A DNA stretch of 63,809 nucleotides, filler included, from Dimorphilus gyrociliatus (Eukaryota; Animalia; Annelida): NCBI GenBank assembly GCA_904063045.1. It is 3 parts of 3 records of this genome, joined end to end, with 100 filler letters (N's around TTAATTAATTAA, not from the genome) between each part and the next. Parts side by side here need not be neighbours in the genome. Positions count along the whole stretch, not along the records: positions 29,307 to 55,435 come from CAJFCJ010000022.1; 2 more parts are not named here. One strand, written 5' to 3'. A program made the translations under genes and the position numbers. The notes beneath the pieces were generated by a model. It saw nothing but the letters and a program-made list of their open reading frames with translations, made no database searches and was not told the origin of the DNA. Within the stretch, counting starts at the first letter, position 1, and each line of letters opens with the position of its first letter. This document shows, in pieces, positions 29,307-42,301 of this stretch.

Positions 29307-30819
29307 ATTATCTGTTTCTTATAGAGAGGACACTGCTTTTTTATCAATGATTTAACTGTTTTCTTATTCGTTTTCCATAACCTTAATGCAATAGTGAATC
29401 TTTCAAATGTTCTCAATCTTCCTGTTCAAACGAAATGGACATTTACCGCATAGTTTCTAACGGAATAACAGATAAAAAAGCAGTACACTGACGCTATTGA
29501 ACTCTGCACGTAGTAAAAGGTTTTATTCCACAAAGCCATAGATAATCTGTCAAAATCTTGGCGAGTTAAAAGGCAAAGTTGGGAGGAGGGGGGAGCGGAA
29601 AAAAGGAAAAGAGAAAAAAATTGGCGCGAAAGAAAAATCGAAGCATATGCAGGGAAAAGATCAAAATGAAACGGGCGGCGACTGTGAGAAATTGAAAAAA
29701 AAAGCCTCGGCTCCAAAACGTTGCATTCTCTTACACTATATTTTATTTATCTATTGTAACTTGTATTTGCTTGATGTTTAAGTGGGGCGGAGCCTGGAGG
29801 ATATTGAAGATCGCAATACATTCTACAAATGTCACCATCTTGAATGGAAATCAATTAAAACGATCGCTAATTGTCAAACTGCCGGTAAAAGATCAAAGTG
29901 TTGAAGAGCAAAGCGTTTTATATTAGATATTACAGAAAGATAGGTAGACTAATAGACTCTCGAATACTAAATAATCCCGCATGGGACTATTTAGCGCAAC
30001 AGATCACAAACAGACGGAAAAGAAAGTGAAAATAATAAACATAAATACTTTAAAGTCAACCGTATCCTCTTCTTTCCCTTCCCTTCCCTTCCTCTCCCCT
30101 CCTTTTTCCCTTTATCCGCATTAGTTACCAGCCCAACGCTAATTAGCCACTTCCCCCTTTAGAGGCTAGTCAGTGGACGACAGATCCTTTAACCTTACGA
30201 AGGAGGGGTGACGAAAACGTTCTTGCGCGCGAGTAGTGGCATTTCTCTTTACTTCTTCCCTTTGCCCCCTTCTCCCCACCTCCCTCATTAATCTTGTAGT
30301 TGCCGATTGCAATCACTCATCTTCTGCCTCAGCACTTTGTAGCTCACTTGTATTTAATCGCATTTCCTGAAATTATCTATATTCAAGCTAGTATTTAGGT
30401 TTGTTCATGCTATCTTTGAACACAGATTACGTTGTTATGGAAGGAGCAAAATTTTGACATTTGTTTACGTTATTTTAATCTTTTCGTCTATCTAAAAGTC
30501 GATTTATATTCAATAAAAAAGTGATAAAATTAAGAAAAGAAAACACAAAATTTAGTTGAGAGATAGAGAGAAGGAGAGAAGATATATATAAAGTATAGAG
30601 AGAGAGAGAGAGAGAGAGAGAAAAGAGATGGGAGTAATAGCAGTAGTATTAGTATTTAATAATAATAGTAGTTTTAACCAGTAACTTGAAAACTTAAAGT
30701 AATAATATAAAGAGGTGGGTTTGGTTAATGGAGTAGGATGGGAAAGAAAACTCCTTTTCCAAGTCGGATTAACCCTTAAAAGCAAGTTAATAAGTCGATT
30801 ACGGGTGGTACTTTGTTTA

Positions 30820-31315
30820 TGTTCTAAGAGTTACCTCTAAGAGTTCGGTTGGCGGATGGAAAAGGGTGGAGGAGGGGATAAAGCGGTAATAAACATAAAC
30901 AAATTTGAAAAGTGACAGCCGCTTTATGAAGCTTAAAAGCCTCTTTTTCTTTATAAGACTACTTAGGCCGATAATTGGCCGTAGATAACGCAGCCCGCAG
31001 GAAGCGATATGAGATAAGGCGAGAGGCGAACGTTCGCCTTGGGCTTTATTTGTTGTTGCACGCATTTCTCCAATTAACGTGTCCGAATTTCATAGTAGAA
31101 ACCGATGATAATGTTTTATACACGTTTTCATCCTCGCTTTGATCCCACCTTTATCGTCGCTTCCTAATTTTAGAAAAGCGACACCTGCCGCTCCCTTAAT
31201 GTTTTTCATTTTTTTATATACTACTATAATAATCTACATCAGTAACTAAGCTCTTCTACTACTCTATTTATCGCAATTGAACACCAACTTTCCCTTCAGC
31301 AGATGGCACCACAAT
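30820..31315. repeat. Duplicated non-coding block, copy A
   Basis: Collinear with 34676-35075; 66-nt core 30954-31019 matches 34772-34837 at 60/66. Confidence 0.9.
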
Positions 31316-31477
31316 CTTGCCTAATCTATAATCGCTATTTGATAGGAAACAATTCGTAACGGAAGCTGTTAATGTTTATAACAAGTTTATTTCTATGTGA
31401 AATAAATGGCGTGAAATTGTTTTCTACATAGAAAAATGAACTAGTAAATAGTCTTTACACGCCGTTTTCTTTCATTT

Positions 31478-32355
31478 TTATACTACCATTGAACAGTTGA
31501 AGGAATTCTTTTGGGAAACCGGCTGGAAAGCCACACACTTGACTGTTCTATAATAGTCTTTAGATTCAAAAAAGTCCGTATGGCCATCGGGGACGATCAA
31601 GGCGGTCTCTAAATTGTCTACAATACCTATAGGAACTTCCAATAAATCTTTGATATAAATCAAAATCTACTCGATTAGATTCGTATCAGTAATATTTCTT
31701 TCCTCCCGTAAAATACACCACGTCTTCTGTAGAGGCTGCAAAGGATGACCAAGTCGGCTTTTGTAGTAAACATTAAACTCTTGACTCGTGTTGAAGACGC
31801 CAAAAATTCCCTATCAAAATCGACAATACATTTCCTTGTTGTATCTATATTATACTTTTCAAGAAAATGAAATATTCTTCTACTAGATTGTTTATTTAAT
31901 ATTTACAAACAACTTTCCATTTACAAATTGAGCTAATCGTATTCGTAACCCTTAACTGATGCTAACTCTCCAACAATTGTGTCTTTAACCTCGATGATCC
32001 GTCCTCTGGGCCGACAGTTTTCACGCTTATACTTAAAGAAGACAACTGGACGAACGACGGATGCGGAAGAAAATTTTATAAATTTCAAGTAAATCGTTTT
32101 GAAATCTCACCACCTACCTGTTCACGCAACTAGAATTGGCCCTAAACCCTATTTATTTATATAGAATGGCGTAACGGAATAAGGGATATTCGCAACGAAA
32201 TTGAACCCTTCATAGGTCATAGGTCATAAAAGCTGTAAAATATTGTCCAATTGTCTTTTATTTCTAATAAAACTTGCATACAAAGCATTTTCTATGACAA
32301 AACTCAGGCAGGCTGACTTCGAGTAAACATATGTTTTTTTTTCAAATGTCCACAT

Positions 32356-32399
<44 letters not shown>

Positions 32400-33954
32400 T
32401 ATATATATTACTAATATATATGACTATATGATGATCTTGCAGAATAAAAGATCATTCCCAATGAATACTATCATTCTTATTGGCCTTTAAACTATCTATC
32501 TTCACTCTTTCCTTTTCTCTTTCCTTCTTTATTTACACTATCATCCACTGTACCATTTTCTATTCTACTTTAGATAGCCGTATCCGCTGCGTCTATATCT
32601 ATGCCTTTGTATCTGTCACACCTCCGTCTACCTCTTTCTTACAACTTCCAGTCCTTCTTTGCCCCTTACTAATTACTATTACAACAATGTTACATCTTTC
32701 AAAGAAAAGATCATCACTGAAAGAAGGGAAGACAAGTGGCAAAAATGAACGATACATAGTTTATACAATATTTGCTGTTCATACTATATATATATATAAC
32801 AAATTTGAAATTGTCTTGAATGTTTACTTTGATTATATTTCGAGTTCAACAATTTTTTGGCCTATGTTCAAGTATTTTTAAGAGCAAAAGAGTGCGGTTG
32901 CAGAATCAACTTTACCCATAGTTGACTCTAGTAAAGCTTCTATTAGTCAGAATACAATGGAACATTAAAAACACCAATTAAATTTTATTCGCTTCTAAGA
33001 AATTCCGTCATTTGAAAGATAAAAGCAGAAAATTTTCAATTTTCAATGTATAGAGCGACACCTAGGAAATTGTCCGCTAATCAACTTTGCGAATCATTCT
33101 CATTGTATCGTTGCGTTCATTTCTTGGCTGCTTTTGGAATAGGTTTAGGTGAAAAGAAATGCTGATCCAAACTCAATAATTAGTGTGTAGGCTCATATCT
33201 TTAACCCCTAACTAGTGTATTCGTTTATTCGCCCCTCTCTTTCTTTCGTCCAACTATGCTGTGAACTACTATTTGTTATTTAATACAATTTTTCATTTCT
33301 GTCCGTCATTACCACCAGATGGCCCCCTGGTAAAGGAAACTCTTTCGAAATAGCTAACAAACTAGCACACACTTATTCTCTCATTGTCATGTTCTTGGTC
33401 GATATTCAGAAAAGCGGATGGACTCTCTATATCACTAAGACACGAACGTTTCCTTGCTGCGTCTTCGACATTCATTGCAGAAAAGCATATTTTCACCCTA
33501 AGCTAGTTCTTTACACGTATTTACGTAATCTTATGCGTTTCTAATGAACTCTTAATGGACAACGTACTGGACAAGGCCGGTACGATCAATCGGGGAAGGA
33601 GTGGACAAAATAGATAAGCAGAGACGAGTGAACAAAGTTGTTAAAAGAAGATAAAAGACGATCGGCAAGAGATTTGAAAAATCGTTTACCTCCTTAACCG
33701 TTCTTTTATTTTACTCTATTCGGTATTTTGCTCCTAGTAGCCTTCTCCCACGCCATAAACTCATTTATAGGCCTTTCCACGTACGTTCGCCTCTTATCGA
33801 CGTTCCTTATCGTCGTGGGCGTCAGCATATATTGGTTTCTGTCGAATGTCTTTAATTTTTTGACCAGAGCAGTCAGCGACACTGAAATTGTTTTTATCAG
33901 TCTCAGTATAACATTGGACGGTAAGTCTATATTTCGGTATAAAAGATAAATCAA
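31478..33954 (-). pseudogene. Decayed tandem paralogue of the neighbouring MMP
   Basis: NLETALIVPDGHTDFFESKDYYR...KN..FNC vs SLDGAALFSNGYTYFFNSQDYYR...KN..FGC (41/51 nt in the best patch); VYFTGGKKYY*YE; KKLK..TP..VDKRRTY..WEK vs the prodomain/furin region. Confidence 0.65.
32360..32412. repeat. (TA)n microsatellite; contig 2 also has (AG)n, (TTCA)n, (TCT)n and (GAAG)n tracts
   Basis: Read directly; other tracts at ~30590, 34190, 39275, 40673, 46190-46320, 48530, 51980. Confidence 0.9.
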
Positions 33955-34675
33955 ATTGTCGATAAAAGCCTATTGAAATGTAGATAAAGAAGTGAGCAAT
34001 TTTTAGATATTTGTCTAATATATCCGGCCGCTGGAGGACGATTGTAAATACAGTCGGAGAGTGCTATCAACGATTGGAAGAACTTGTCTGAAATTTCAAC
34101 GAATCAGCAGTCTCTAATATGGCCTCTTTTGATGGGGTGTTGGGCGGAGATAGGGCGCGCACAATAGCAAGCTTTTTGGATATTTTTAAGAAAGAGAGAG
34201 AGAGAGAGAGAAATCATAGGATTCTTTGATACTTTTCCTGATTTCTTTGAAACATTCTTTCGATTGTCGACACAACTTTTTGGATAAAAACAAAACATTT
34301 ATTTCCCTTTTGCTGGACATTATTGGACACGTCTCTTGTCTAATTTATTGTATTACTTTTGTCTAGGTCTATCATTACCTTTGTTCACATGTTTTTATCA
34401 ATGATTTTGACGTTTTAATATTCATTTTTCATTAAGTAACGCAACTTTTAAGCGTCTTCAGTTTTCCATCATCAAAGGAATTTGACGATAAGGCTCTATC
34501 CAAAAAAGTTGCGAGTGCATAATTAATCAAAATCGCGGCGAGTTTAGAAGCGAAAGAAGCAGGTGAGGGAAATCAGAAAATCATTAGTAAAAGAGTGCAT
34601 CCCCTCCCTATGTCTCACTAAACCTTAAAGGCAACTCGATCAGGCGGCGATGAGACTATATTTTGATAGAACTAA

Positions 34676-35075
34676 ACCTCTAAGAGTTCGACGGGTAGGT
34701 GGAAAAGAGTGAAGTAGGGATTAAACATAAACAAATGTATTTTATGTGGCTTAGAAACCGCTCTTTCTTTCTAAGACTGCTTAGGCCGATAGTTGGCCGT
34801 AGATAGAGCAGCCCGCAGGAAGTGATACGAGATAAGGAGAGAGACGAACACTTACTCTTGGGCCTTTTTTGTTGGTGTAGGCATTTTCTCTAACGATAAT
34901 GTTTTATAAGCATTTTTATCCCGGCTCTGATCGCACATTTATTGTCGTTTCTTCATTGACATCTGCTGCCACCCAGTTCTTTTCCGTCTCCATCTATTAT
35001 TACAATAAGCAGCGTCAGCAGCTTTTCTCTCTTAATATTCCATTTATAACTTTCATTCAACAGATGGCACTACTC
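34676..35075. repeat. Duplicated non-coding block, copy B
   Basis: Collinear with 30820-31315; lies ~500 bp downstream of the intact MMP. Confidence 0.9.
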
Positions 35076-35577
35076 GCCATATTTTACGATTTATTTAGTT
35101 TAGAAACAGAAGTTTCTTTTGTCTGAATTCTAGAGAGAATACTTGAATGAAAGTTGAATAAAGCGTATAGCTAATGAAATTATGAAAAAACCTATTATCT
35201 GCCTAATGGTTTAAAAAAAAAAAAAAAAAAAAAGTGAATAAATTTTTTTTTAAAAAAAAAAATTTTATTATCTTTTTATTAAATTAATTTTATTACAAAA
35301 GAAATTAATGTTTTAGAAAAAATTTATTCAATAAAATCAACTTTTTCTTAATAAATCACAGATTCCTTTCTTTATTTTTTGTTCTTTTCTTAGCATTTGA
35401 TCTATCTCTCTCTCTGTCGAGTTTGTTTGCTTATTGTGTGCACCGGGAAAGCATCCAAAATCATTTAGTATAAAAACGAATAAAACAATTAAAAAAAATC
35501 ATAAAAATTAATCAAATCAGACAAAATCAAAATAAAAAACAGAAATAGAGACAATTTGTAATCAATTAATTAAATTG

Positions 35578-37512
35578 TCAATTGAAGATTAACTTCTGAA
35601 CGGCCATTTGACTTAATAGCAGTGCTACGGTCACCAACAGCGGATTAGAGTGTACATTTATTGACGATGATTGGAATGGAGACTTTCTCTCGTACACCAA
35701 TCGCGTACTCTCTCTATTTCTCTTCAACTTTTCGGGATCGAATACTTTTGGCTCTGCCAATTCGCCAGTTCTCTTGCCTCCGTTCCCGATATTCGGCTTC
35801 CTACTATTGTCGCCAACCTTCGGGCAGCCGAAATACTCTTGGAGGAAATTTTTTGGATAATCATCAAAGACTGCAGCATTGAAATCGTCTATTCTATAAT
35901 AATCTTGAGAATTGAAAAAGTACGTATAGCCATTGGAGAAGAGGGCGGCACCGTCAAGAGAATAGGGTGCTCCTAAGAAATTGTTAAGAGATTGGGGGAA
36001 AAGCGAATCGTCTACTCCGTAGAAATCGTATCGATAGTATTCGTTGCCTTTCGTAAAATATACCATGTAATTGCCAGAGTAGACGAAAGCCGAATCAATA
36101 TCGTTAGGAACGCCATAAAATCCATCCTCGTTAATCTTTCCCGGACTAGGAGCTAATAAATTTCTATGCTTGTCGTAAACCCAGAAAGTGTCACCTTTGA
36201 TGATATAAGAACGATCGCCGAGATAGAGAGCGGCGTTCACGTTGCTGGGTGCCGAGTAGAATTCTTCACTTATCAACTTTGGGTAGCCTTCCACAAGATG
36301 ACTACCCGTTATAGGCGTTTCGTCCAATTTATAGACAAGATCATTGGCAAACACGTACAAATGATTATCGTATGTTCCCATAATTGCGTCAAATTTCTTC
36401 ATCTTACAAGCCTCGTCAACTGCTGTTTGTGTAGTTATCGCCCCTACACTGCTTCCTACTGTTGAAATTTCAGCGGTGGACCTTGTCGATGGTACAGTTG
36501 CTGTTGTCGTTGCTGTTGTTGTTGTTGTTGCTGATGCTGATGCTGCCGTTGTTGTTCTTGTTGTTGCAGCCGCAGTTGTAGACGATGTCTCTTTAACCTC
36601 GGTTGTTACTCTTTCAGATGTTGTTGGCTTCGACTCTGTCGTCGATGTTGTTATTGCTGGTCTTGGACCGTACAGATCTTGAATACCGTCCTTGTCGTCC
36701 TGATGTAAAGCGAAAGTTGGCCTATATTCGAAGAAGGGTGTCATTACCGCTTCCGGTATTGTTGAATGATGCAAGCCAAGGGCGTGGCCAATTTCGTGAA
36801 CAGCAACTTGTAAAAGATTTGATCCTTTAGTAAGTGTAAATTTTACAGCGTCATTAAAATGAATTTCTCCTTCCAAATCGGAAGCGGGATAGAATGCGTG
36901 AGCGAGAATAGAACCTTTTGTATCGAATGGAAATGTATCGCCATGTTTACCAGTAGCGAATTTAATACGGAGGTCGGCGTTGAATGAGACTCTTTCAAAG
37001 GTCAGCGATGAATGTTCAGACCATATATTCAAAGCTGTTATGAATACTCTTTCTGTTTCCTCTATTGAAACATCGTTGGTATATGCTGTAATTGTATAAG
37101 TTAAATGCGTCTTTTCCCACGAAAAAAAGTGAGTAGCGTAACGCTTTCGTCTCGAGTCGACAGTTAAGGATGACGACGGTGTTCTGTCGGGATTACCGCA
37201 TCGAGGCTGTTTCATCTTCTTGATTGTTTCGTCGTTCAATTCGCCAGTCTCCTCTAGTCCAGCCAGTTTTTGTAGGTATCGAATTGAATTCTGAAATTCC
37301 TCGGTGGTGGTTGGGTCTATTCGAGAACTGCCGTCGGCGTGTCTGGGTTTAATGTAGCCTTCGTACGTTTGAAGATATTTCTCGGCAAAGAGAATGTCAT
37401 CCGTGCCGATAGATTTGGCATTGGCAATCGAAGAAGGGGACGGGAAGATAAACAAACAGCAGAGAAGAAAAATCCGAAAAGTAATTGATAGGAAAAGTTT
37501 AAAGCAAATCAT
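35578..37512 (-). CDS. Matrix metalloproteinase, furin-activated, probably GPI-anchored, intronless (~644 aa from ATG 37512)
   Basis: Signal peptide; PRCGNPD cysteine switch; RRKR; HEIGHALGLHH; Met-turn AVM; Thr-rich hinge; four hemopexin blades; hydrophobic C-terminal tail. Confidence 0.97.
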   Translation of the reverse strand: MICFKLFLSITFRIFLLCCLFIFPSPSSIANAKSIGTDDILFAEKYLQTYEGYIKPRHADGSSRIDPTTTEEFQNSIRYLQKLAGLEETGELNDETIKKMKQPRCGNPDRTPSSSLTVDSRRKRYATHFFSWEKTHLTYTITAYTNDVSIEETERVFITALNIWSEHSSLTFERVSFNADLRIKFATGKHGDTFPFDTKGSILAHAFYPASDLEGEIHFNDAVKFTLTKGSNLLQVAVHEIGHALGLHHSTIPEAVMTPFFEYRPTFALHQDDKDGIQDLYGPRPAITTSTTESKPTTSERVTTEVKETSSTTAAATTRTTTAASASATTTTTATTTATVPSTRSTAEISTVGSSVGAITTQTAVDEACKMKKFDAIMGTYDNHLYVFANDLVYKLDETPITGSHLVEGYPKLISEEFYSAPSNVNAALYLGDRSYIIKGDTFWVYDKHRNLLAPSPGKINEDGFYGVPNDIDSAFVYSGNYMVYFTKGNEYYRYDFYGVDDSLFPQSLNNFLGAPYSLDGAALFSNGYTYFFNSQDYYRIDDFNAAVFDDYPKNFLQEYFGCPKVGDNSRKPNIGNGGKRTGELAEPKVFDPEKLKRNRESTRLVYERKSPFQSSSINVHSNPLLVTVALLLSQMAVQKLIFN

Positions 37513-38678
37513 ATCGACAAGCGTATTTCTCCAACTTGAATAGCTAACTGCTGAAATCAGCTGTAACACGGCCTTTTATTTGTTCGAGTACAGTTCAGCA
37601 CTTTCAAGATAAACAACCCCCACCGTCTATCACGGAACTACAATTGGCCCTAACCCTTTTCTTCAGTAACAATCAATGTCGTATTGTATAATAATATTGA
37701 ACTTCCGTTCGGTGACAGTGTGTAAAAGATATGTAAAACTCGCCCTTTTTTCCGCTGGCCACACGTTCAAGCGGATTGAACTATTGATACGTAATATATC
37801 ATAATATCTTTTGATATTAGGCTTACAAAGTCTCTTGTTACCAATAAATTGCAATCGCGTCAAAGAATCGTCTGGCTTGGCTATTTTATTCTTAAAAAAT
37901 GGCAATAAATAAATATTTATTTCTATAGAAAGACGTAAAAGGATGATTACAATATATCGTTTATTTATATCCGATTTATTGTTTCCTCTCTTTTACCTTA
38001 TATGGCAGTGGAGTTTCTTTTGTCAGCGTCTGTGTTTCACCTTCCTTCCTTCCTTCCTCCCCTTCCCTCCTCCCCCCTGCCTGCCCGCTCTCCTAACTGC
38101 TCTCTCTCTCTCTCTCGCTACCTACAGTCGCTACTATCTTGTCGTTAGAATGAAAAGTGGAGACAAGATATTTTGCTAGAAAATCCCTGAAAAAGAAATT
38201 GAAAAGTTTTGAATTGTCTCGTATATTGACTTTAGTCAAATTTCGAGTACAAATATTTTCGAGTTGTGTTTGGCCTCTATACGAAAAAAATATTGACCCA
38301 AACTCAATTTTTTGTGTATAGTTTGACCTCATCAACACTGCACTCGTATGTGTGTTCATTGTTTTATTCTCCTCTTTTTCACTAGCTACACTACGAACTC
38401 AGCATTTGATATTTTCTACATTTCTACTGCACACTAGATGGCGGGAAAGCTGAAAAGAGTTTATCGATCTCTTTAGCTAGTTTAACAGAGGAATATACAG
38501 CGTGGTCGTTGCTGTTAACCGGATACGTCATAAGACTTTACACGTAGTAGATTTTCTTTATAATAAATGCTTTTTTAAACAGAAATATAGTAAATTTTCT
38601 TTTATTTAGACTTTTCTATTGTGACTTGGCGGCGAATGAATGGTAAAAAAGATTTGATTCAACGTTCGTTATTTTGTT

Positions 38679-41600
38679 ATGTTAGACAATAAGGAAAAAC
38701 TTGGATCACAACCCGAAAATGTTGGCTTGAAAGAGGAAGCTGATGGGATTAATTATAGGATTTTACCGGGCTCTGTCGCCAAGAAAAATGGTAGCGAGGA
38801 AGACATGGCCCGTATTCAATGGGATAAACCGGCCGAATTTCTACTTACCTGCGTCGGGTACAGCGTTGGGTTAGGGAATGTATGGAGATTTCCCTATTTA
38901 TGTTATATATCTGGCGGAGGTTTGTTGAAATTTTTCAACTTTTTATTTTCTATTAGAGAAGGAACAAAATTCCACTATTGATTTATTTACATATATAAGT
39001 CGACTATCTTTGCGTAAAACCTTCATGCAAAGAAAAGGCTTAAACTCTCTCATACTAAACTTCATTCATTCGATATAAAAAAAAACTACCATACTATATT
39101 CGTAAAACCGCCAGTAAATTCCCTCTTTTTCTTTCTTCTTCCTTCTCCTTCCCCTTCTTCTTCATCTCTCTCTCTCTCTCTCTGTCTCGCTCTCTGTATC
39201 TTTCTATTCTTCGTTTATCCCACTAACTAGTCTTCACGACAGCTACGACAGCAATAACCTATAATCTCTCTCATTTATGATTCATTCATTCATTCATTCA
39301 TTCATTCATTCATTCGTTCATTCATCCCAAAAACTAGATCTTTATAATTCTATTAGAGTATTGTTTTCTAGCATTTTAAATATAGTATTAGTACTTGTAT
39401 GTATTATTAGATATTTTGCATTTGAATATATGCAAATATATGGTATATATATAGTGAATAGCCCATTTTTGCTGAGATGTATACATAGTCTACATCTATT
39501 TAAGTGCTACACGTGTACATAATGCGTGTGCGTATTATACAAAGCGTTCACCACTCATATCTGCGAATATGTATTTAGGCCAATAGCTTGTTGAACACAT
39601 AAACATATGTATTTTTCTATACATGTGTGTATAGAAATTTATTAGCAAAAACTTTGTTTATATACTTCGCTCTATAGTCTCGATGATGTCGTTGATATTT
39701 TTAGAATTTCTTCTTTCCTTTCTCTTCTCTTAGAGAATATATCTAAAAATACACTATTCCTCATACTCTCTGTCGATCGTGCAGCACACGCTGCTTATAT
39801 GCTTTGTACAGTATATTTTCACTCCTTTTCTCTCTCTCTCTCTCTCTCTATTTTCTCTCCTTAAATATTTTGTCGACAAACGACTAAACTGTCTATCGAT
39901 TCGCTCACTTCTTACTTTTACCACGTAGGCCAATAATAGTGTAATATGCGCGTTTTATCAATGTTTGCCAGCTATTTTCATCTATTACGTAGTATGTTGC
40001 TTTTTTTAATGTTTTTTATCCATTTCCTAGAATAGTTTGTCTTCTACGAATAGTACGAATTGTTTTTGGTATTCCACTTACCCCCCTTCCCCATTGACTG
40101 CTCCTCCTACTCCTCTCCCCCCCCCTCCATCCCCTCGCCATCCTTCATCCTTCTCAATGATTCTCGTTTCAGGTGCATTTCTTATTCCGTACACGGTTAT
40201 GATTATTGTTATTGGATGCCCCATGCTATTTATGGAATATGGATTTGGCCAATTCTTTGGAAAAGGAGCTTTAACGATATTCAAGAAAGCCTGCCCTCTA
40301 TTTGAAGGTCAGCACCTTTTGTCCTCTAAAACTAAAAAACAAAAAAAAAACATAAAAAACGTAAAGCACAAATCTATACATCTTCTTATTCTTTTGCCTA
40401 AAATAAATGTTACTCTTCAAAAGGTATTGGGTTTTGTTATATGATAATCAATGGGTTTGTATGCATATATTACAATGTGATTATCGCCCTCTCAATCTAC
40501 TATCTCGTCAACTCTTTCCGACCCGAGTTGCCTTGGGGATCCTGCGGTAATCATTGGAACACAGAGTTTTGCATAGCATTAGCTAATTCTACTAATTCGA
40601 GTGCTATAATGAATTCAACAAATGTTAGATTTCCTCACTTTTCTACCATTATTTATCACTTTTGTCGCCATTTCTTCTTTCTCTTCTTCTTCTTCTTCTT
40701 CTTCTTCTTCTTCTTCTTCTTTTGAGTAATTTAAAGAATTGTCTGGGAAGAGAGCTAAAATTTTAATATAAAAAAAAACTTATAAAAACTGTAAAAAGTG
40801 ATGAAATCTAACAATTTCGTTTACTTCGTAACAAAGACAAACAAAACAAGCCCGTCCGAAGAATTTTGGGAGCACTCTCTTTTAAATATTGATGAGAATC
40901 ATTCAATTGAAAATCTTGGATCAATTCGACCATTTCTGTGCCTTTCGTTACTCGCCTCTTGGATTCTTGTTGTCCTCTTCGTTTCGAAAGGGATTCGATC
41001 AACCGGAAAAGTCGCCTACGTAACCGCCACATTTCCTTACTTGATGTTAACCGTATTGGTAACTAGAGGAGTGACTTTATCGGGAGCAACAGATGGCATT
41101 ATGTATTTTTTAACACCGCAATGGAGTAAACTAGGTATAGTAGAAATTTATATCTTGTAATAAGCAAATAAAACAATAAAATACGAATACTAAAACTTTT
41201 CTCTCTCTCTCTCTCTCGACCTCCCTTCGTAACTCACTCTTATCTTCTCTCTTTCAGCCGAGCCTTCCATTTGGTTCAAAGCAGCTTCTCAACTCTTCTA
41301 TAGTACGAATATTGGATGGGGAGGAATGATTACCATGGCTTCTTACAACAAGAAGAAGCATAATTGCCGTAGAGATGCTATATTTATCAATTTTATATCG
41401 TTCTTCACCTCCCTCTACGCCGGTTTGGCCGTCTTTTCCATAATTGGCTTTATGGCGGAGGAGAGCGATTCAAAAGTGGAGGAGGTTATCAAGAATGGGC
41501 CCGAATTGGCGTTTATAGTCTACCCGAGGGCTTTGTCACTTATGCCGATACCTCAATTGTGGAGTGTTCTATTCTTTATTATGCTGTTTACGCTTGGTAT

Positions 41601-42198
41601 AGGAAGTTTAATGGTGAATTTGGAGACGGTTATGACTGGTCTGAGCGACGAACTTCGTATCGTTCGAAAATATAGATTTACAGCCACCTGTATAGTCGCA
41701 GTGTGTATGTTTCTTCTGGCCCTACCTCAAGTCACCCAAGGAGGTATGTACGTCTTTAGCTTGTTCGATCACTACGCGGCAAGTTTTTCTCTCCTCTTCA
41801 CTACGGTCGCTGAATGTGTTGCCATCAATTGGATCTACGGAAGTAATCGTTTTTGCAAGGATGTCAGTACCATGTTGGGAAAGGAAATTTCGGTTGTTTG
41901 GAGAGTTTTCTGGGGAGGAATTTCTCCTGTCGTCATCATAGCTATAATTATATTCAATTTAGCGACATCCCAAGGAGCGGAATACGGAGATTATACCTAT
42001 CCAGTATGGGGAGATTGTATAGGATGGTTTATCACTCTCTCTTCTATACTTCCAATTCCTATTGTCGCCGCTATAAAGCTAATAAAAAGTCCTGGTAAAA
42101 CATTTCTCGAAAAATATCGCGATACAACAAGCGTTCCATCCCAACCAAAAGAAACTGAACCAGAAGCTGTTGAATTATACATCATGAGAGACAACTAA
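38679..42198 (+). CDS. SLC6 Na/Cl-dependent amino-acid transporter (GlyT/PROT-like); exons 38679-38919, 40173-40307, 40424-40623, 40837-41134, 41258-42198
   Basis: W...[71 protein letters not shown]; all four introns are GT-AG and phase-consistent. Confidence 0.95.
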
Positions 42199-42270
42199 TA
42201 TGATAGAATAGCAAAAGATGATAATCAACAAGTTCATCTCTTAAACGAGAGAAAATCATTATGATTGATC

Positions 42271-42301
<31 letters not shown>

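Noticed and set aside
30940-31015. U2 snRNA-like words (ATCGCTTC...CGGCC...GGCCTAAG) on the minus strand
   Set aside because: Spacing is wrong, there is no GTGTAGTA branch-pairing box or Sm site, and the second copy does not keep ATCGCTTC.
33706-33800. Sox HMG-box-like RPINEFMAWEKATRSKI
   Set aside because: Tempting (about 10/20 identity to a SoxD-type helix 1), but the rest of the box is missing, and position plus nucleotide similarity fit the prodomain/catalytic start of the duplicated MMP. Not fully excluded; a profile search would decide.
35661-36830. Plus-strand ORFs antisense to the MMP, and similar antisense ORFs over the GPCR, SLC6, NCLX and Helitron
   Set aside because: Shadow ORFs of real genes, with no independent motifs.
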